Positions 36,443 through 49,903 of a stretch of 64,000 bases of DNA are shown piece by piece (within the stretch, counting starts at the first letter, position 1; every line of letters starts with the position of its first letter). The notes beneath the pieces are model-generated. The model was not told where the DNA came from. It saw only the letters and a list, made by a program, of their open reading frames with translations, and did not search any database. The translations under genes were made by a program, and so were the position numbers. Origin of the DNA: Octopus sinensis (taxonomy: Eukaryota). The stretch is from positions 28,644,001 through 28,708,000 of the forward strand of contig NC_043020.1 of assembly GCF_006345805.1 (NCBI RefSeq), written 5' to 3'.

Positions 36443-37209
36443 ATTAGATATCCTAGATCCTGTGTTGTCCAGGGCGGCAGCATAAACAACATTCTCAACA
36501 TGCCTTAATAACAACTCCCTAATTGTCTGACTGCCCTGTCTAACACTTAGAAAGTCAGCATAGTGTTTGGTTGCTAAGTAACACTGCCTGCAAACAAACG
36601 TCTATAACAAAACATCTTATCTGGAGGAACAGCGTTTGCCTCAAAGGTTTATTATACTTGATGGTCATCTTCCATCCAGCTGGCTGTTGACTTCAGTAAT
36701 TGGTAGTATATTTGTTTTTGTCCCCCTGTTCTTTTATTATTATTATTATTATAATAATAATAATTATTATTATTATAATTATTATATTCACACATTGGCC
36801 CCCTTTCCCTTGCCCCTCCACCCCATGTCTTTCTTTGCCCTTAACCATTTGATTTATTTTGGGTGGGGGGTTCGTTTTTTCCTTCTTCCTTCAGTTAGTT
36901 CTCGGTGTCTGAAATTGTTTAATTTGTCTTCATTTCCGGTTCTGTTTTGGAGCTCTCTTCTGGCCTTTGTTTCCAGTCCAGCTTATACGACTCTTGTCTG
37001 CTGCTGGGCACTCACCAAAGTAGATACTGTTGAACAGACAGACACACCCTCTCTTTCTCTCTCTCTCTCATTTGTTAATAATTATTCTCATTTTATATTT
37101 TCTTGTGTCCCCCTCCCCCCTTAAAATATTGCAATCTATTGGACTTGAATAAGGAACAGGAAGCATTATCTGTAGAAATGAGTTGCTTTGTTTTTTATAC
37201 ATACATTAT

Positions 37210-37455
37210 ATATATGTGTGTTAGAGTGTGTGTGTGTATATATGTATATATATGTGTATATATATATGTATATGTGTATATATGTGTATATATGTATATA
37301 TGTGTGTGTATGTGTATATATGTATATATATATATGTGTATATATATGTATGTCTATATATATATATATATGTATATATGTGTGTGTATATAGATATGTA
37401 TATATGTATGTGTATATATATATGTGCATGTGTGTATATATATATAATATATGTA
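37210..37455. repeat. Compound (TA)n/(TG)n microsatellite in the presumed PPP6R3 3' UTR
   Basis: direct inspection. Confidence 0.95.
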
Positions 37456-38400
37456 TATAAAATTCTATTGATGATGTTCTATTTGGTCAGAATTTTTATC
37501 TGTGCTCTTTTGTACGAGAAAGGTTTGCTAGATGAAATATGGACAATGAAAACTGTGTGAAACCCTTTTCTAACCGTTACATGTCACAGTTGCACACAAC
37601 AACAACAACAACAACAGGGTGAAATAAAATGTTAAAACCAAACCTCACCTATTTTTCCAACTCTGTATTTCTCTCCAAGAAGTGAAGCGTAAAAACACGG
37701 TATATTTTACTGGTGGCACTGAACAGTAATTGACTCAGATCTCCCGCGTACTGCGACGCCAGCCCCAGTGTGCCACCGCCGCCACAAGCGACTCTAATCC
37801 AATTCGAAGAGCTGTCTGATCTAAATGACATTTCTGGTGCTTTTTTTTTTTTTTTTATTTTCAGATACTATAATGATAATAAAAAGAAAAAAGAAAAAAA
37901 AAATCAGGGAAAGTGAAAGCCTTGTCTATTTTCTACGTGTTTGGGGGTGAAACTAAAGAAGATAGATGAGAAAAAGAAATATAAAAGAAGAAAAAAAAAA
38001 ACCCTCCCAATTTTTAAAACCTTTAGATTTTTGAAAATTTATTTTATTTTTATAATGAAAGAAGTGGTGATCGTTGTGGTGAGTGTTTGCATTGGTAATT
38101 AATGCTCTGACTTGGTTGTGGCTGTTTCTCTGTTTTATATAAATGCTTTGAGTCAGCTAATTTCAGTTGATTATTTTTCTTTTTCTTTTTTTTTTTTTTT
38201 TTCCATCTTTAACATTTTGCTTTTAATAACACTAATATAGTATCACCATGTTTCATTTCCAATAACTCTCAGACAATTGAAAATGGCCTTCCTTTTGATT
38301 AAAACGAAGCAGTTTGTGTCTAGATTCCGCGTCTTTTTTTTTTTTTTCTCTTTTTGTTATCTTTGATTAGATCAATCTCATCTTTGCAAAGGTGTGTCAC

Positions 38401-38406
38401 AATAAA
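38401..38406 (+). promoter_or_regulatory. Possible polyadenylation signal of PPP6R3 (one of several AATAAA candidates)
   Basis: AATAAA in the non-repetitive U-rich region after the stop; the true cleavage site cannot be determined. Confidence 0.25.
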
Positions 38407-40652
38407 GTACGGTACCAGTGTTTGGCTACTGTCCATCAAAACTGACCATTTGTCCATCTCTAGAGCTAGTCCATAAATCTGCCCGTTTGTACACTTTGAC
38501 TTTGTACAATTTCTTTAGTTTTGTATTGTCGTTATAAATACATTATTTTATTAGATATAAAATAATTAGGTACAACTTCCAGACTTCAGCGCTTCTCTCT
38601 CACCTCTGAACCACAAAGAGAGGGCAATTTGGCTTTAACCTGTATCTTACGTGTTTTATTTTATTTTATTTTTTCTAATCTTTTTATGTATTATTCGTTA
38701 TCCAGTGTAAATAGGCCAACACAAAAATTCTTTCTAAAGAGAAGAAAGCTGTCCTATAACAGCAACTTATTGCCTGATTAAGTTTCCTGGCTGACCACGT
38801 GAAACAGCTCTCTCATTCCAGCTCTTTTTGTTTTTTTCTTTTTATACTAGATCTTCCATATTTGACTGATTAGGCTAACGTGAAGTGTAAGTCTCTTCTG
38901 AGACGTCTCTTAGACTCCAGACACCATTGAGCCTAACACGTGGATATTTGTCATTTTTTAAATTTAAAACAAATGTTTCTAACACACACACACACACACA
39001 CACACACATTCTCTCTCATTCCGTTATGTGATTCAATTAAATTCTAAAATAGTTGTGAATTTAGATTAGTTTCACAAAACAACTATAACATTTAAAAAAA
39101 AAATTTATTAATGCTTTAAAATGGTGTTTCAAAACACACAGAAAGTTTCTTCCATAAACCTGTTGACTAAAATATACTCTAATTACAGGTAAGTACAGGT
39201 AAAATCTGAACTATAATTATTTAAATTTTGTTGAAATATCATACTATATAATGAGTTATTAACCAATATGATATAATTTACTAAAAAACAATTATATTTA
39301 TGGCAAAAATACCTTTATTTTGTATAGTTTATCCTTTGCTTACATTTTGCATTGTGATTTTTTTGTATATTTTTTTTTTTTTTTTTTGCTGTTATTATAG
39401 AATATTTAAGGTGGTGAGCTGGCGAAATCGTTAGCACCCTGGACAGGGTGCCAGCGGTATCTCATCCATCTTTATGTTCTGAGTTCAAATTCCATTGAGG
39501 TCAGCTTTGCCTTTTATGCTTTCGGAGTTGATAAAATAAGTACCAGTTGAGCCCTGGAGGTCAATGCAATCGACTAGCCCCATCCCTGGATTTCCGGCCT
39601 TGTGCCTATCGTAGGAAGGATTGTTATGAGCTGGCAGAGTTGTTAACACATCAGGCAAAATGCTTAGCAGCATTTCTTCCAGTTCCTTACGTCCTGAGTT
39701 CAAATACAGTCGAGGTTAACAAAACAAGTACCAGTTGAACGCTGGGGTCAATCTTATCAGCTAACACCCTCCTGCTAAATTTGCTGGCCTTGTCTCAAAA
39801 TCTAAAACCATTTGGACTGGAATAAACAAAAGTAAATAGTGAACAAGGTATTCTGATAAAGTCTTGGGGATAAACCTCTTGAAGTTTGGTTTCTTCTGGA
39901 AATCTTGGAAGAGAAATATTTTTTTAATCTTTTACTTTTGCTCCATTCTCTTTGCGGACATCATTTTCGGTGCCACTCTCTGACATTGCTTACACACTTG
40001 GAATTTGAAATCCGGTTCAGAGTCCATCACATGTTATAGACTTGAAGCAATTTTTTTTTTTATTTGCTGCTTTTCAGAATCGTTTAAATTCAGAGTTGCT
40101 ATTACGGAATCTGAAGCTTCACATAATTTCTCTTTTTGGAAAAAAAAAGGGCAGAACATTCTAGAAATTATGAACAAAAATATCAAAACAAAATTTGGAA
40201 AATACAAAATTCACATAATGTTGGCTGGTGCAATGTAAGTACATATTTAGTGAAATCCTATCGTTTATGCAATAACAATATTTTGATTTAATATGAATAG
40301 GTATACGCAGACAGTCTCAGGCACTTTGGGGAGTCTTTGATGATAGGTTGTGTCAGGCAGGCTGGTAATAAAAGGGTTGAGAAATATAAATTTCTGTGGG
40401 TGGAGGGGACAAGAAACCACTCTCTTGAGATGGAACCAGAAAATTCTGATCTTATGAGTATCCGGGCAGAAAGTATTAAAAGACTGTACTCTTGTTACAT
40501 TCTTTTTAAAAGTGTCATCTGTACGGCTGTTGTGTGGACGAATGGTATGACTGGTATTGTTTTACTACTACCTACTTGCATGTGGCTATGCATCCAATGT
40601 GTGTAAAATTTATTGAAAATACAAATTATACAGCTGATACATGTAATATGTG

Positions 40653-40992
40653 AAGGCGCATGGCTCAGTGGTTAGAGCGTCGAGCTTACGATTGTGAGGT
40701 TGTGAGTTTGAATCCCGGACTGGGCTGCGTGTTGTGTTCTTGAGCAAGACAATTCATTTCACGTTGCTCCAGTTAACTCAGCTGTAGAAATGAGTTGCAA
40801 CGTCACTGGTGCCAAGCTGTATCGGCCCCTTTGCCTTTCCCTTGGATAACACTGGAGGCGTGGAGAGGGGAGGCCGGTGTGCATGGGCGACTGCTGGTCT
40901 TCCATAAACCACCTTGCCTGGACTTGTCCCTCGGAAGGTAACTTTCTAGGTGCAATCCCATGGTCAGTGTCGTGACCGAAGGGGGTCCCGAC
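40653..40992 (+). mobile_element. tRNA-headed SINE, family D. Minus-strand copies at 24560-24750 and 27330-27655
   Basis: A box TGGCTCAGTGG, B-box-like GTTTGAATCC, then GTGTT(C)TTGAGCAAGACA central motif. Confidence 0.8.
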
Positions 40993-41887
40993 ATGTAATA
41001 TCCAAAGTGTGTGTGTCTGTGTGTCTACTGCCAATTATAAGATTTGTGCCTTAGTTCTTGGCTAGTTCTAGCAACTACATGTTTCACTTAAGTCTCTGTA
41101 GCTAATGGCTTTAAATTCCTGGCAACAATTCCTTACTTTCACCATTCTCTTTTGCCTCTATGCTACTCAACAACCTAAAGATTAAATCTGTTTCTCATGG
41201 GTTTAAACTACTTTATATACACCTAGTTTTATAGCATCCATCCCACTGCTGTACTGTAGCATATACTTTACCACCCAGCTACCACTGCTTTACTGTTTCC
41301 TGTAACATCCCCTGTTATTGACCAATTCATATTCTTACCTTCTGCAGAGTCGCTTGGCTGCAACTAATCCATCAAGCTCCGTTTGACACTCTGCTGTGTA
41401 GCTTGAAAACAAGGCACCCCCTGCATTTATTTTCTATTCTTGCAAATTTGTAATCATTCGCATCAATGGTTACAGGTTTCTGACATGTCAATCATTAGTC
41501 CTCTGCATCACGTGTCACAGTGAGTGACGAGGGAGCACGGCCGATTTGCTGAATCTTTTAAAGAGCATCAATCTTTTTTTTGTTTTTTGCTAATATACAA
41601 TGGCAAAAGATATAATTACACACGCACGTGCGCATGTATGTGTGTGTAAATATATGTATATTAATTGGTGAAATTTACGGAGTGACTCAAGGGCTGAGTT
41701 TCACTCATTGGCCCTTACCAAAATGCATAAAACTCAGGAGCCTTCAGTCACTCCTATAACTTCTACTGGTTAATAAAAATAAAATGTATATATACTCATG
41801 CTTCAAGTTCTATTTTCTTGCATATTTAATTAAACCTAGCAACATCTGTAGCCTGGTCAGTCACGGTGATCACAATGATATATATAT

Positions 41888-42155
41888 ATGGAGGCGCAAT
41901 GGCCCAGTGGTTAGGGCAGCAGACTCGCGGTTTCAATTCCCAGACCGGGAGTTGTGAGTGTTTATTGAGCGAAAACACCTAAAAGCTCCACGAGGCTCCG
42001 GCAGGGGGTGGTGGCGATCCCTGTTGTACTCTTTCTTCTGTTGGCCTGCTCGCTTAGCCAGCGGGGTGGCGTCATTCAAAGGCTAAAACAATGTGAAAGC
42101 GTTGTGACCAGCGATGTGTAACAACATCTGATGGTCTGGTCGGTCACGTGATCAC
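41888..42155 (+). mobile_element. tRNA-headed SINE, family E. Related copies near 49475-49720 and 56780-57070
   Basis: GGAGGCGCAATGGCCCAGTGGTTAGGGCAG head shared with 56781; shared 3' GTGACCAGCGATGTGTAACAACA. Confidence 0.75.
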
Positions 42156-43020
42156 ATGATATATATATATATACACACACACACATATACATAAGGCTTA
42201 ATGGCAGTTTCTGTCTGAAATTCCTCTCCCAAGGTATTGATCAACCTAAGGCAATGGTAGGCAACTCTTGCATAGAAACAAACAGAAACACTTGCTGGCA
42301 AAAGCCAACTCTATCACATAGCCATGCTTGTGTCCAGAATTCTATACAATTCTTTTTTTTTCTTCTTTTCTCCCCCATTTTTAAAATACATTTTCACATT
42401 ACAAAGTTCCACCGGACTGCTCGTAGCAGAAGTCTTTATTGTGCATCAACCATCTTCATTGGGTGTTGTTTTAAAGTAACAGAACTCAATCAGTAGAACA
42501 GAAACGAACAAAAGTCAACAATGTCCCTTATAGTCTGACAACTCCCTGAATTAAAAGGGATCATTCTCTTCTCTCTCACAGTGTTATCTACCACACCCAC
42601 CTCTTAGAATATTAACATAGGATTTCAGGGTTAATTATGACTATCATCTTTAGATGTCACTTAATGAAAAGCTGTCTCTGAAGTATGTTTAGTGATGGGA
42701 GCCGCAGGTGATCTGTAAGATTGATATAGTTGTATAGGGGGGAAGGGAGTATATTTTATTTGTAATGTTTGTTTAGCATGTGTTTTTACTCCGCCTCAAT
42801 TAGCAACACCTTGGTTCATGGTAATTTTGCTATTTTGTGTCATTCCTATTAATCAAATGGAATCTTCTCCGTGTCATTACCATCTCTGAAATAACTTTAG
42901 TGATGACAGTTTGTATGTATAATAACTATACTGTTTCATTTGTAAGACAGGGTGGCCACTGAAGGACTGAATGATGTAAAACAAAAATAACTTTTGCAAA
43001 CACAGTCACGGTTCGTAATG

Positions 43021-43160
43021 GAACCGTGACTGGCTCGCTATCTCCGGTGAACTGGCGCAGGACCGTCGTGCGTCGGCTGCCATGGTTCGAGATGCCTCGA
43101 GGGTGGTAGAAGAAGCCGACTCAACCCGCCCAGGGTGAATGTCGCCATAAGGACAAGTAC
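43021..43160 (+). mobile_element. 3'-terminal fragment of an RTE-clade LINE
   Basis: DWLAISGELAQDRRASAAMVRDASRVVEEADSTRPG* (W...AQDR C-terminal motif) followed by a CAAGTA-like tail. Confidence 0.65.
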
Positions 43161-43164
43161 ATGG

Positions 43165-43517
43165 TTTGTTATATTTTTATTTGGATAGAAACATTTTAAA
43201 ATCCAGTTTCAGAATCTTCTGAAGCGATGCTTAGTTGGGCTGAGTGACAACTGGCAGAGGTTGATGGATCCTGGAGGACACTCTGCTGTAAGCTTCCACC
43301 TCTGCGTCAGTGCGCTAAGGACCCCTTCCCGGAAGATCGCCGACTGATCCAATTCTTTCAAACTCGGCAAGTTACATTCTGAATCATGTTATCGCTGGGA
43401 GATATTCTGACAGTAAAATGTTGCCAGTATTTTCTCTGGCTTTAAATAAATTGATCTGTCACTGGAATAGAAATACTCAATGAGTTTCACCCGTTGCTGG
43501 ACATCATAAATAGCCAT
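43165..43517 (-). pseudogene. Decayed Tc1/mariner transposase N-terminus (DUF4817-type HTH region)
   Basis: MAIYDVQQRVKLIEYFYSSDRSI...LAEFERIGSVGDLPGRGP*...QDPSTS...LQKILK, with stops and frameshifts; resembles recalled family pattern QQRVxIVExY...KFEETGSVxDxPRSGRP. Confidence 0.75.
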
Positions 43518-44859
43518 TTTAATATCCAAGGGATGCAAAAAAAAAAGACGGTAAACAAACAAGTTATGACTTTTTCAAACCCTTCAGTTTTTCAGTGACC
43601 TCCTTGTATATTTCTTGATCATGTTAGTTCAGTCTTCAGAGGCTGACAGCCTCCGTTATCAACATCTTAGCTTCAAGCAAATGTGCTCTTTTTTTTTTCC
43701 CTGTGTCCTTGATAGTAAAATAGAATATTGTTATTGTGCAGGAAAGAAGGTCTGTTTTATATTTCATTCTTCGTATTGGTCCACTCACACTCTATCAACA
43801 TCTTAGTTTATATTTATTGTGCTATCCCCCCCCCCTTACTAATAGTTGAATAGAATGTTCTTACAGAGTCAAGTGATTATTTTTTTTCTCATAAAAAAAA
43901 AAAAATTCAGTCCTAATACTTTGCAAATTTCCAGTTTCATAGATGATGCGGTGCTTTTCATTAGATTGTTGTCTCACCAGCTTTGCAAGTTGTCACTGAA
44001 ATAGGAGTCATTCACTGCCTTCCTCCTCTCAACTACAGCATCAGTGATATATATTCTATCACATGGTGATGGTTTTGAAGGCTTGCATTGTTACCTATGT
44101 AAATTGTCGGTCTTTAAAAAAAGCAGTAGATATTTCTTGTTCCCAAATACATCTTTGTAAGAGAAAAAGGGATCCCTTAGGAAGTTACATAACTCTGCTT
44201 GCCTGAGAGATAACAGGTTATGTTGTCTTCTCCACAGAAGTACATTTAACTTAAATCTTCTTAGGTAATCTTATCCAGCTGGATCTTTAAATATTCATGT
44301 CAAGTAATCTTTAACAGCATTACCATGAGCTTCAAATTATTTTTCCATCATTTACTAAAAGAGAAAAAGTCCAGCATCTTTTCCCTATTTCTCTTTACAC
44401 ACACTTAGACATATATATCTAGATATAATCAAACGCGGCGAGCTGGTAGAAACGTTAGCACGTCGGGCAATTTGCGTAGCCGTATTTCATCTGCTGTTAC
44501 GTTCTAGGTTCAAATTCCACCAAGGTCGGCTTTGCCTTTCATCCTTTCGGGGGTCAATGTAATCGACTTAATCCAATGTCCCCTCTGTGTTTAGCCCCTT
44601 GTGGGTAGTAAAGAAATATATATATATATATATATTTAGATATAACCTAGGTCTCCAGTTTGAGGATAATTTTCTCCCGCCAATCTTGGAGGCCCCGTAA
44701 AAGATCAGAAACCCTCTCTCCTAAATGTAAGATGTAAAACCTCAGTATATATGTATATTGGTGCGTGTATATATAAAGACAGAAAGAGAAATAAGGGAGA
44801 TTCATATTTTTATCTAGTAATATGTTCCTTCTTTTAAGTGGTAGCTTAATGACTTTAAT

Positions 44860-45150
44860 AATATATATGTATGTATATATTATATGTACGTATGTATATA
44901 TATATGTATGTGTATATGTGAATATGTATGTATATATGTGTATATATATGTATATGTGTATGTATATATATGTATGTATATATTTATATATATGTATGTA
45001 TATATTTATGTATATATGTATGTATATATTTATATATATGTATGTATATATTTATGTATGTATATGTATGTGTGTGTATATTTATGTATATGTATGTATA
45101 TATATATGTATGTGTGTGTATATATATGTATATATACACACATATACACT
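44860..45150. repeat. Compound (TA)n/(TATG)n microsatellite
   Basis: direct inspection. Confidence 0.95.
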
Positions 45151-46785
45151 AAGCTGGAAGTTATGCTACAGACATATATTTAATAATCATCTCGTTATTA
45201 TAAAGATTCATCCCTGAAGTAATTTTGGCAAAACTAATTGAATATTGATTCTGATTATGTCAGCTGTATGATGATGCTGATGATGATGAACTTTGCTTGC
45301 AGTTTCTACAAAGTGAGTGCCTTCACTTCAACTATTTCTTGCATTACTGTCTCTTGTTTCTAGTGAATGTAAAAGATTGTCCTGTGCAGAGCTCTGAATT
45401 TGGCAATAAGTATTTCAGTTATTTTTAATCAGTTTCCATTTCCTGTTAATATCAATAATCCATTTTTCCTCAGAGAAACAATTATTACATTTGCAGTAAT
45501 TTAAAATATAAAAAAATCTTAGAAAAGTCCCGTCCAATCCATGGAAAGAAAAAAAAAAAAAAAAACGGACATAAATTTGATTTGTTTGTAAATAATTTTT
45601 CTTTTTTATCGCCGTGACCAGTTCATTTCAATTCCATATTAAGTCCACCCCCCTCACTTAATCATCTTGCCAAATTTCCAAGCCCAAACTCCTTAATAAC
45701 TGTTCTAGGTACTTCTGTTCACATTAATAAAGTTTTGATGAGCTGAGAGGAATTTTTAACAAATCAGATTATTTTTAATGTTATACATCTTATATATATA
45801 TACAGAGATATCAAAACTAAAACAGAAAAAAAAGTCATTGAATTTTATTGTGTAGTCTTTATACACCCTCTCAAATCCAACTGTAAAATCTACTTCAGTT
45901 ATTGGGTGGAAGTTTGAGAGATTGTGAAAAACTGACAGTTGGGTAATGAGTCATAAATCGGACACTACAGATTAGCCTGAAACTTAAATTAAGGATCTTC
46001 ATTCTACCACTCTCCATACTGTGTAACATATTCGATAATTGTTTTTTTTTTCTTTAATTATTGTACCAGCTTCTTTTGTAATCAAAGTCTGGTGGTACAG
46101 TTGAACTAACTGGTTGAGAAACAAAATCCCTGTTTGTAGAAGTTTCTCATCATAAGCAATAAATAAAAAGTCCATACATAAATCAGTCATTGTTAAACAA
46201 ATATAAAAAAAAAAAAAACAATACATTGTAGGTTATTTAGCCACTGGACAACCTGGTGTCTTTTTAAATGTTCCACGTCTGGTCCTGTGCTTTGCGCCCC
46301 CCGGCCCTTCTGTCACATGTGTAACAGGTTTCTGCAATTCGGTCAGATCTAAAGCCCTAATACACTTATTGTGCCAAACTGATATTCTTAACATCATCAG
46401 AAAAGGAAAACTAAAAAAAAAAAAAAAAAAAAAAAAAAAACAAACCTGTGTATTTTGCCATTTTAATTGTAAATTTTCTGCAATTTTATTTCAAAGAATA
46501 AAAAACAATATGAATCGTGTGTTTTTTTTTTAATTATTATTTCTAAGGGATGATTAGAACCGAGTTCTGCACTGTCTTTAGGTCACAAATTAACCCCTTA
46601 ATTGTCAGCAACCTGGCTTCTATGTTCAATGACATTATAATGTTTGTAATGATGATGACGTCATCACAGGATGTGGAAAGTAAATGAATGATAATGTTAT
46701 GCAAAATGACAATTGTATTTTCTGCCCATCAACAGATCACATATTACACAGGAAGGGGTGGAAAAGGTGTATGTGGGGAGGGGTT

Positions 46786-46876
46786 TTATTCTGTGATGAT
46801 CAGTTCATCAATCGCCCAATCTTCGTAGCTTCCGTCAGGTAAGTATCGGCGAATTATGATTGGAATTTTCCTCGCT
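46786..46876 (-). CDS. POLR2F: RPB6 exon 5 ([29 protein letters not shown])
   Basis: tgcag acceptor; invariant [17 protein letters not shown]; the five exons sum to 390 nt = 129 aa + stop. Confidence 0.98.
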
Positions 46877-47567
46877 CTGCAACAGATTGAACACAAGTTA
46901 ACAATACCATCATCATTAAACCCTTTCGTTACTGTATTTATTTCGAGCTGCTCTCTGTTTCTTTCAATTACTTTAAATATAACAAAGAATTTAGTAAAAT
47001 AGCTTAATTATCATTTATTTTCCTAACACCACTTGATAATTACAAATGAACATCAGCCGTACAATCGATGCCACTTCATTTCCATGTCTTTTTTCATTAA
47101 TTATTCTTAGTCTTACAGCTTTGAGATTTCAATGCTGTGAATGTTTATCTTCAGAACGACATTGCAGGGTAAGCGCAAGAGGCCAGGTCTGGCTCAGATT
47201 AACATAAAACCAGAAGAATATCTGAGTCTGATGTTGCCAGTTTAAATGCTAAGGGGCTGATCAAGATACCTTCCATCACATTCTAATTTAATGTTGCCTC
47301 AGTAAAATTTCTTTCCCGTTATAGTTTTAGCTTTGCTCCTGTACAAATTAAAATCTAGCATAAAACAGAGCAACTTATTATACGGATCAATACAGTGAAT
47401 GGCACCCTTTCCTAGTTTATACAATTGAGAAACACATCTTTCAATCCTTTGATGCTTTCTACACAAAAATAAAATTCAAACAGAAGTACTGACCATATTA
47501 AAGCCACTCATCTTAATGCCACTAATCTAAGTTAATCAGAGAAATGGTTAATGAAAGTAAAACTTAC

Positions 47568-47639
47568 TTGAGTTCCTTCATAGCTATCTGTAATGGATCT
47601 GTTTCACCTTCGAGTTCGACCATGACCGGAGCACACATC
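47568..47639 (-). CDS. POLR2F: RPB6 exon 4 ([23 protein letters not shown])
   Basis: tgcag/gtaagt; near-identical to recalled human sequence. Confidence 0.98.
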
Positions 47640-48133
47640 CTGCAGTTCAAAAAATGATTAAGTTTAGTCATTCATTACAAAATAGAAGACACAGGCATGG
47701 AGTGTGTGGCTGAGAAGTTTGTTTCTGAACCACAGGGTTTTGAGTTCAGTCCTACTGCGTGGCACCCACTACTAAAGTCCTGGGTTGACCAAAGTTTTGT
47801 GAGTGGATCTGGCAGACAGAAACTGAAAGAAGCACATTGTCATTATCATTATTTAATGCCCATTTTCCATGCTGGCATCGGTTGGACAGTTTGGCTGGCA
47901 AACTGGCTCCAGTGTTTTGATATGGTTTCTAAAATTCAATGTTCTCTCTAAAGCCAACCATTTTTCAGAGTGTACCGAGTGCTTTTTACATGGCACCAAC
48001 ATGTACCCATATCTGCATGCTTGACATCACACAATTGTTGTAAAACCATTGACACTATCATAAAAACGGTGCCGTTTGTTTCCAATATTCTTCAAAAACA
48101 TGTCCACACTTCCAACTTACAAAAGAATATATA

Positions 48134-48638
48134 CCGTAAATCCTCGAGTATAATACGCAGGGGATTTTTAGGGGGCTGTACCTCTGAAAAACCTAAAACT
48201 CGTGTATAATGCGCACCCCCTCTCTAACTTGAGTCGTGCGTAATTAAGCCAGCAGCACCTAGTCGAACAACCACTTCCGCGCATGCGTAATACAATAAAG
48301 GTGATGTTCTTAACTGTTATATGGGAATGTAAATATGTTTGCAAATTGTTTTTGTTACATGTTATTCTGTGTTCTGAATACTTTTATTTTAATAAATGTT
48401 GCTTACTGCAAGTTATGACTGATTCTTTTAAGATTCCATTGCTTTCAGGCTTAGCTTAAGGTATTTTCGCGTCCGACATCACAAAACGTGTCTGAATAAA
48501 CACTGCCAGACAGCAAATAGAGACTCGGACATTGCTTAGAAAATAATTTTCATTTTTAACCTCGTATATAGTATGCACTAAGGATTTTGACATCTAAATT
48601 TTGGGGGAAAAATGTGGATTATACTCGAGGATTTACGG
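48134..48638. mobile_element. 505-bp pogo/Tigger-like (Tc1/mariner superfamily) MITE in POLR2F intron 3
   Basis: TIR CCGTAAATCCTCGAGTATAA / TTATACTCGAGGATTTACGG; TA on the left, TG on the right. Confidence 0.85.
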
Positions 48639-48683
48639 TGAATATAAAAATTAACAAAATGCAGAACAGAAAACATTACTCAC

Positions 48684-48817
48684 GCTATTTGTAAGGCCCT
48701 CGTCCCAAGCACTCGAGCACGTTCATATTTTGTCATAAATGGTGTTGTGATTCTTTTATCATGGTCCACTTTCAGAGATGCTTCACTGCTTGGAAGGATG
48801 TCAATATTTTCAGATTC
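48684..48817 (-). CDS. POLR2F: RPB6 exon 3 ([10 protein letters not shown]...[24 protein letters not shown])
   Basis: ttcag/gtgagt; invariant RPB6 motif [16 protein letters not shown]. Confidence 0.98.
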
Positions 48818-49839
48818 CTGAAAATAAAGGAGGACAGAATGAAAAAAATAAAAAATATTTTTCTTTATATCAAGAGAAGGAGACAGTTCCAATACTCATG
48901 TCTCTTTCAAGAACGTCATTGGCATCAAGGGATTATAACAATCAGCAAGGCACAGGCTTGGCTGTGTGGTTGAGAAACTTGCTTAACAACCATGTGGTGT
49001 CAGGCTCAGCCTTACTGGGCAGCACTTTGAGCAAGTGTCATCTACAATAGTCCTGGGCCAACCAAAGCATTGTCAGGAGATTTGGCAAGTAAAGACCAAA
49101 AGAAGCCCTTCATTTAAGTGTGTCTTTACACCATGTGATGGTTGTAAACGAGCACAGAGTGGAACCCCTTTAATCAACCCCTGAAATGATCAAAAGCAGA
49201 GTTGATCATAGTGGGATTTGAACTCAGAGCATAGAGAGTCAAAAGAAACACAACCAGGCATTCTAACCAATACTGCAATGACCCAGGCCAATTCACCATC
49301 AAGGCCGGTACTTCTTAACCATTTTTTGACCATGGACCTTTTTGATTCCCGTTTGATTCCATGTTTATAAAAAAAAAAAATCTTAGTGTATTTTTACAAT
49401 ATTATTAGGAATTGTATAAAAAGAAAATTAAAACATTTTGTGTATTGTACAAGTGTAGCCAGTTTGTGAAGGCACATGGCCTAGTGGTTAGGCCGTTGCA
49501 CTCACGATCACCAGGTTGTGGTCTCAATTCCCAGATAGGGCGACGCGTTATGTTCTTCAGCAAAACACTCCAGTACTCTTTTCAACCAGTGGGGAATGTC
49601 GGCCTGCTCTCACCTAGCCAGTGGGGTGACGTCACTCAAAGGCCAAAACAACACAAAGCACATTGTGACCAGCGATGTGTAACAACATTTAATAGCCTGG
49701 TCGGTCACAGGCTATCAGATGATGTTATTTATTGCACATAAATTTTAACAACAAAACACCTGGACGTCCAAGAGTCATACGGACCCCCAACTGAGAACCA
49801 CTGATCTCGGCTTAAGTCTGCTAAGAAAGTACAACTCAC

Positions 49840-49903
49840 CTCAGGGTTTTCAATTGGTTCATCCAAAGGCTCTTCATCATAAGCAGTGTCTAAGTCTTCC
49901 AAC
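49840..49903 (-). CDS. POLR2F: RPB6 exon 2 (LEDLDTAYDEEPLDEPIENPE)
   Basis: ttttag/gtgagt on minus strand; acidic N-terminal region; phase 2-0. Confidence 0.9.

Noticed and set aside
40655-40730. tRNA genes at SINE heads (also 41890, 52454, 56781)
   Set aside because: A and B boxes are present, but there is no complete cloverleaf and each runs directly into a SINE body.
45264-45312. Isolated + strand exon-like segment (cag...gtgagt) between the two genes
   Set aside because: 49 nt with no partner exons or recognisable homology.
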